From positions 1 through 25,226 of the IMG/VR virus record IMGVR_UViG_3300005980_000015: a stretch of 25,226 nucleotides of DNA. One strand, 5' to 3'. This document shows positions 24,732-25,226 of this stretch, piece after piece (within the stretch, counting starts at the first letter, position 1; each line of letters begins with the position of its first letter). This stretch comes from a virus (Duplodnaviria; Caudoviricetes). A program made the translations under genes and the position numbers. The notes under the pieces were generated by a model. That model worked only from the letters and a program-made list of their open reading frames with translations. It was not told where the DNA came from and ran no database searches.

Positions 24732-24913
24732 TTACCCGTTCACCTTCGCGCTGCATCGGCTGCGGCCAGCACCTCGGCCAGGCCCACGCCGCCAGGTGCG
24801 CCTATGCGCGCGCCACCGCGTCCCAATGCACCAGGTGCGGCAGCGATCACGCGCTCAGCCGCTGCCCGTGGCCGGCAATTAATTTAACTGGAGAAGAAAA
24901 TGGCAACGACTGA
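24728..24913 (+). CDS. Small double zinc-finger-like protein
   Basis: CIGC...H...C and CTRCGSDHALSRC; GTGA-coupled. Confidence 0.55.
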   Translation: MITRSPSRCIGCGQHLGQAHAARCAYARATASQCTRCGSDHALSRCPWPAINLTGEENGND

Positions 24914-25121
24914 ACTTTCCATGGGCGAACTGCCCGCCACTGGCTTCATCCGGCAGAAGCAGCTGGCAAGCATCATCCCGTTTTCACGGACCACCCTCTG
25001 GCGCAAAGTCAAAGACGGCGAGTTCCCGGCGCCCGTCCACCTGTCGGCGCGCGTGACCGCATGGAAGGTTGAACTGATCCGCGATTGGATTGAAAAGCAG
25101 TCGGCCGCCGTCGAAGCGTAG
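24900..25121 (+). CDS. AlpA-family excisionase / regulator
   Basis: IPFSRTTLWRKVKDGEFPAPVHLSARVTAWKVELIRDWI; last gene before att. Confidence 0.9.
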   Translation: MATTELSMGELPATGFIRQKQLASIIPFSRTTLWRKVKDGEFPAPVHLSARVTAWKVELIRDWIEKQSAAVEA

Positions 25122-25138
25122 GTGTAAGCGAGCACAAG

Positions 25139-25162
25139 TGCTGGTACTTTTGCTGGTACTTT
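25139..25162 (+). repeat. Tandem 12-bp direct repeat, probable integrase arm-type sites
   Basis: TGCTGGTACTTT x2, 35 nt from the att core. Confidence 0.75.
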
Positions 25163-25197
25163 TTAGGTTTGAAGTCCAATCTTCATAGAGAAGTGCC

Positions 25198-25216
25198 ATT
25201 CCGGCAATCGGCACCA
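25198..25216 (+). other. Prophage att core: 3' end of a tRNA, probably tRNA-Thr
   Basis: ATTCCGGCAATCGGCACCA is a T-loop remnant plus acceptor 3' strand plus CCA; compare E. coli thrU ...ATTCCGGTAGTCGGCACCA. No tRNA 5' half upstream. Confidence 0.75.
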
Positions 25217-25226
25217 AGTACAAGTT

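Larger units (their letters stand above)
1..25216. mobile_element. Lambdoid prophage (att-proximal part: head genes, late control, replication, immunity, early-left operon, xis, att)
   Basis: Canonical order of capsid, scaffold, portal, terL, terS, Q, replication, cII, cro, then divergent cI, recombination and xis. Ends in a tRNA-3'-like att core. Continues beyond the left edge. Confidence 0.97.

Noticed and set aside
25198-25216. Complete tRNA gene
   Set aside because: Only the 3' 19 nt are tRNA-like; no D arm, anticodon arm or GTTC upstream. Treated as an att core.
1-25226. CRISPR array, reverse transcriptase/DGR, IS element or long tandem repeat array
   Set aside because: No regularly spaced repeats, RT motifs or transposase seen; non-coding gaps are all about 300 nt or shorter.

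Overview
The whole window is one end of a GC-rich lambdoid (temperate, tailed) prophage, probably from a Betaproteobacterium (Burkholderiales; an Oxalobacteraceae-like host is inferred from one small HTH gene and an sRNA family). The minus strand (12030 down to 1) carries cro, a cII-like gene, small accessory genes, a DUF1376/YdaU-type replication initiator with internal iterons, a RuvC-like resolvase and a Q-like antiterminator. These are followed by a pR'/tR'-like late promoter and terminator, then terS, terL, portal, scaffold, major capsid and head-completion genes. The plus strand (12141-25121) carries cI, a secreted-protein gene in the rex position, and the pL early operon: RecT, YqaJ exonuclease, KTSC, HNH, a C5 DNA methyltransferase, ASCH-like, J-domain and AlpA excisionase genes. 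The prophage ends at tandem integrase arm-type repeats and a tRNA-Thr-like 3' end (att). The switch can be read from sequence: five operators, pR, pL, a leaderless pRM, and a putative CII site (TTAT-N6-TTAT) with lambda pRE geometry. The most unusual part lies between Q and terS, where lambdoid phages often carry lysis genes. Here it holds a small HTH gene followed by a structured anti-Shine-Dalgarno RNA resembling Betaproteobacteria toxic sRNAs. Family assignments come from motif recognition by eye; no database search was run.
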